Positions 62,766 to 64,000 of a stretch of 64,000 nt of DNA are shown in pieces. Each line of letters starts with the position of its first letter. The first letter of the stretch is position 1. The notes below the pieces were generated by a model. The model did not search any database and was not told where the DNA came from. It was given only the letters and a program-made list of their open reading frames with translations. Origin of the DNA: Octopus sinensis (taxonomy: Eukaryota); NCBI RefSeq assembly GCF_006345805.1, contig NC_043002.1, forward strand, positions 117,552,001 to 117,616,000, written 5' to 3'. The translations under genes and the position numbers were made by a program.

Positions 62766-62952
62766 TTACATCGTTATGTTTATGTTGAGAAGAGTTATCG
62801 TTATGTTTATGTTGAGAAGAGTTCTAGATAAGGGGAGGTAATAAGTGATTTCTTCCGGTGTAAGGGAGATAATCGCTTAAAATTTTAAGTGATTATCTCC
62901 CTTACATACAAACATAACGATAACTCTTCTCAACATAAACATAACGATGTAA

Positions 62953-62988
62953 GAAATTTGAAAAGCTGAACGCGAAACCGGTCATTTC
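62953..62988 (+). ncRNA. Minimal hammerhead, U3-A8 variant
   Basis: GAAAT-TTGAAAA-GC-tgaac-GC-GAAAC-CG-GTC-ATTTC: 5-bp stem I, 2-bp stem II, palindromic stem III, GUC triplet. Confidence 0.78.
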
Positions 62989-63188
62989 TTCTAAACTGTC
63001 ATTGTGAGAAAAAAAAAAAAAAAAATTTATAGTATTCTTCAGACATATTGACTCAAATATATATTTTTTAACCTTTTAAAACAAGCCTTCTGTAGTTTTT
63101 TCACTTTTTTCTATTTTCTATATATTCAACCACGTGCTTTCACAAACCAACTTTCTCATCTATATATATATATATATATATATATAAC

Positions 63189-63446
63189 GTTATATAATTA
63201 GGGCTCAGTAAAATAATTTACTTTACCACATACTGAAACTTTTAGAAATAGCAGCCAAAAAGTTTTTTTAGTCATTTCTTCTACTATAAGAAAAATCTAC
63301 CAGATCGTGTTTACTCAAAAAGTAAACACCATCTGGGAGATTTTTCTTATAGTAGAAGAAATGGCTAAAAAAACTTTTGGCTGCTATTTCTAAAAGTTTC
63401 AGTATGTGGTAAAGTAAATTATTTTACTGAGCCCTAATTATATAAC
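63189..63446. mobile_element. Fold-back element, ~127-bp arms, 5-nt spacer, after (TA)n
   Basis: 63189-63315 versus 63321-63446, few mismatches; no hammerhead core found. Confidence 0.8.
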
Positions 63447-63543
63447 ATAATATTTTGAATATATCTTGAATGGTCCTTTTACATACTGAACACTACTTGG
63501 TAAAATTAATTAATAATTAATTGATTTTACCCTTTTATTATTG

Positions 63544-63583
<40 letters not shown>

Positions 63584-63644
63584 GCACACACACACACACA
63601 CAACACACACACACACACACACACCACACACACACACACACACT

Positions 63645-63706
<62 letters not shown>

Positions 63707-64000
63707 CATACATAGTTTTACATAATTTTTATTTAATCTATTCTAAATACTGTTTTTCAAATAACAGCTGTGTATGCATACACACTTATACACATATATA
63801 AATATATCCATTGAATATTTTTTTAGAAATATGAAATGAAATTTCAAGAGAATGCTTTTCTTGTTCTCTTTTGTTTAAAAATCGTTAAGGGCGACACATG
63901 CCAAAATGGCTGCTTCAAGCTCGCACTTTTGATTTCATCTCTGGTTCTCGCACTTTTGATTTCATCTCTGGTTCTCTGTCGTTCACAGGGGAATTTTTAA

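Larger units (their letters stand above)
62602..63123. mobile_element. Inverted pair of PLE2-family pLTRs, centre at 62882/62883
   Basis: Left arm is a direct repeat of 59935-60205; right arm is its reverse complement with an internal deletion; zero-spacer centre CTTAAAA|TTTTAAG. Confidence 0.88.

Noticed and set aside
63895-63980. YY1-like CAAAATGGCTGC and a 27-bp tandem duplication as a promoter
   Set aside because: A single motif at the window edge with no further support.

Overview
AT-rich animal genomic DNA, about 64 kb. The repeat repertoire suggests an octopus or other cephalopod; this is inference from recalled repeats, not a database hit. One host gene is supported: five phase-compatible + strand exons (31641-57343) encoding a coiled-coil protein, tentatively CCDC154-like, with a GC-AG intron and both ends unresolved. 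The rest is mobile DNA. (1) A ~14 kb head-to-tail array of two R4/Dong-like RT+RLE non-LTR retrotransposon families in (TAA)n, in the order A-B-A-B-A. (2) Four Penelope-like elements (RT + GIY-YIG). (3) A Helitron RepHel relic and a probable non-autonomous Helitron with a 34-bp minisatellite. (4) Several tRNA-derived SINE families, MITEs, mariner and RTE relics, a 2.1-kb near-identical duplication and large microsatellites. The most striking signal is more than a dozen complete or partial type I hammerhead ribozyme motifs, mostly in Penelope pLTR-like fold-back mini-elements within (TA)n tracts. They include U3-A8 compensated cores and a tRNA-headed SINE that carries a hammerhead. All folds were read by eye, and coordinates of decayed elements are approximate.
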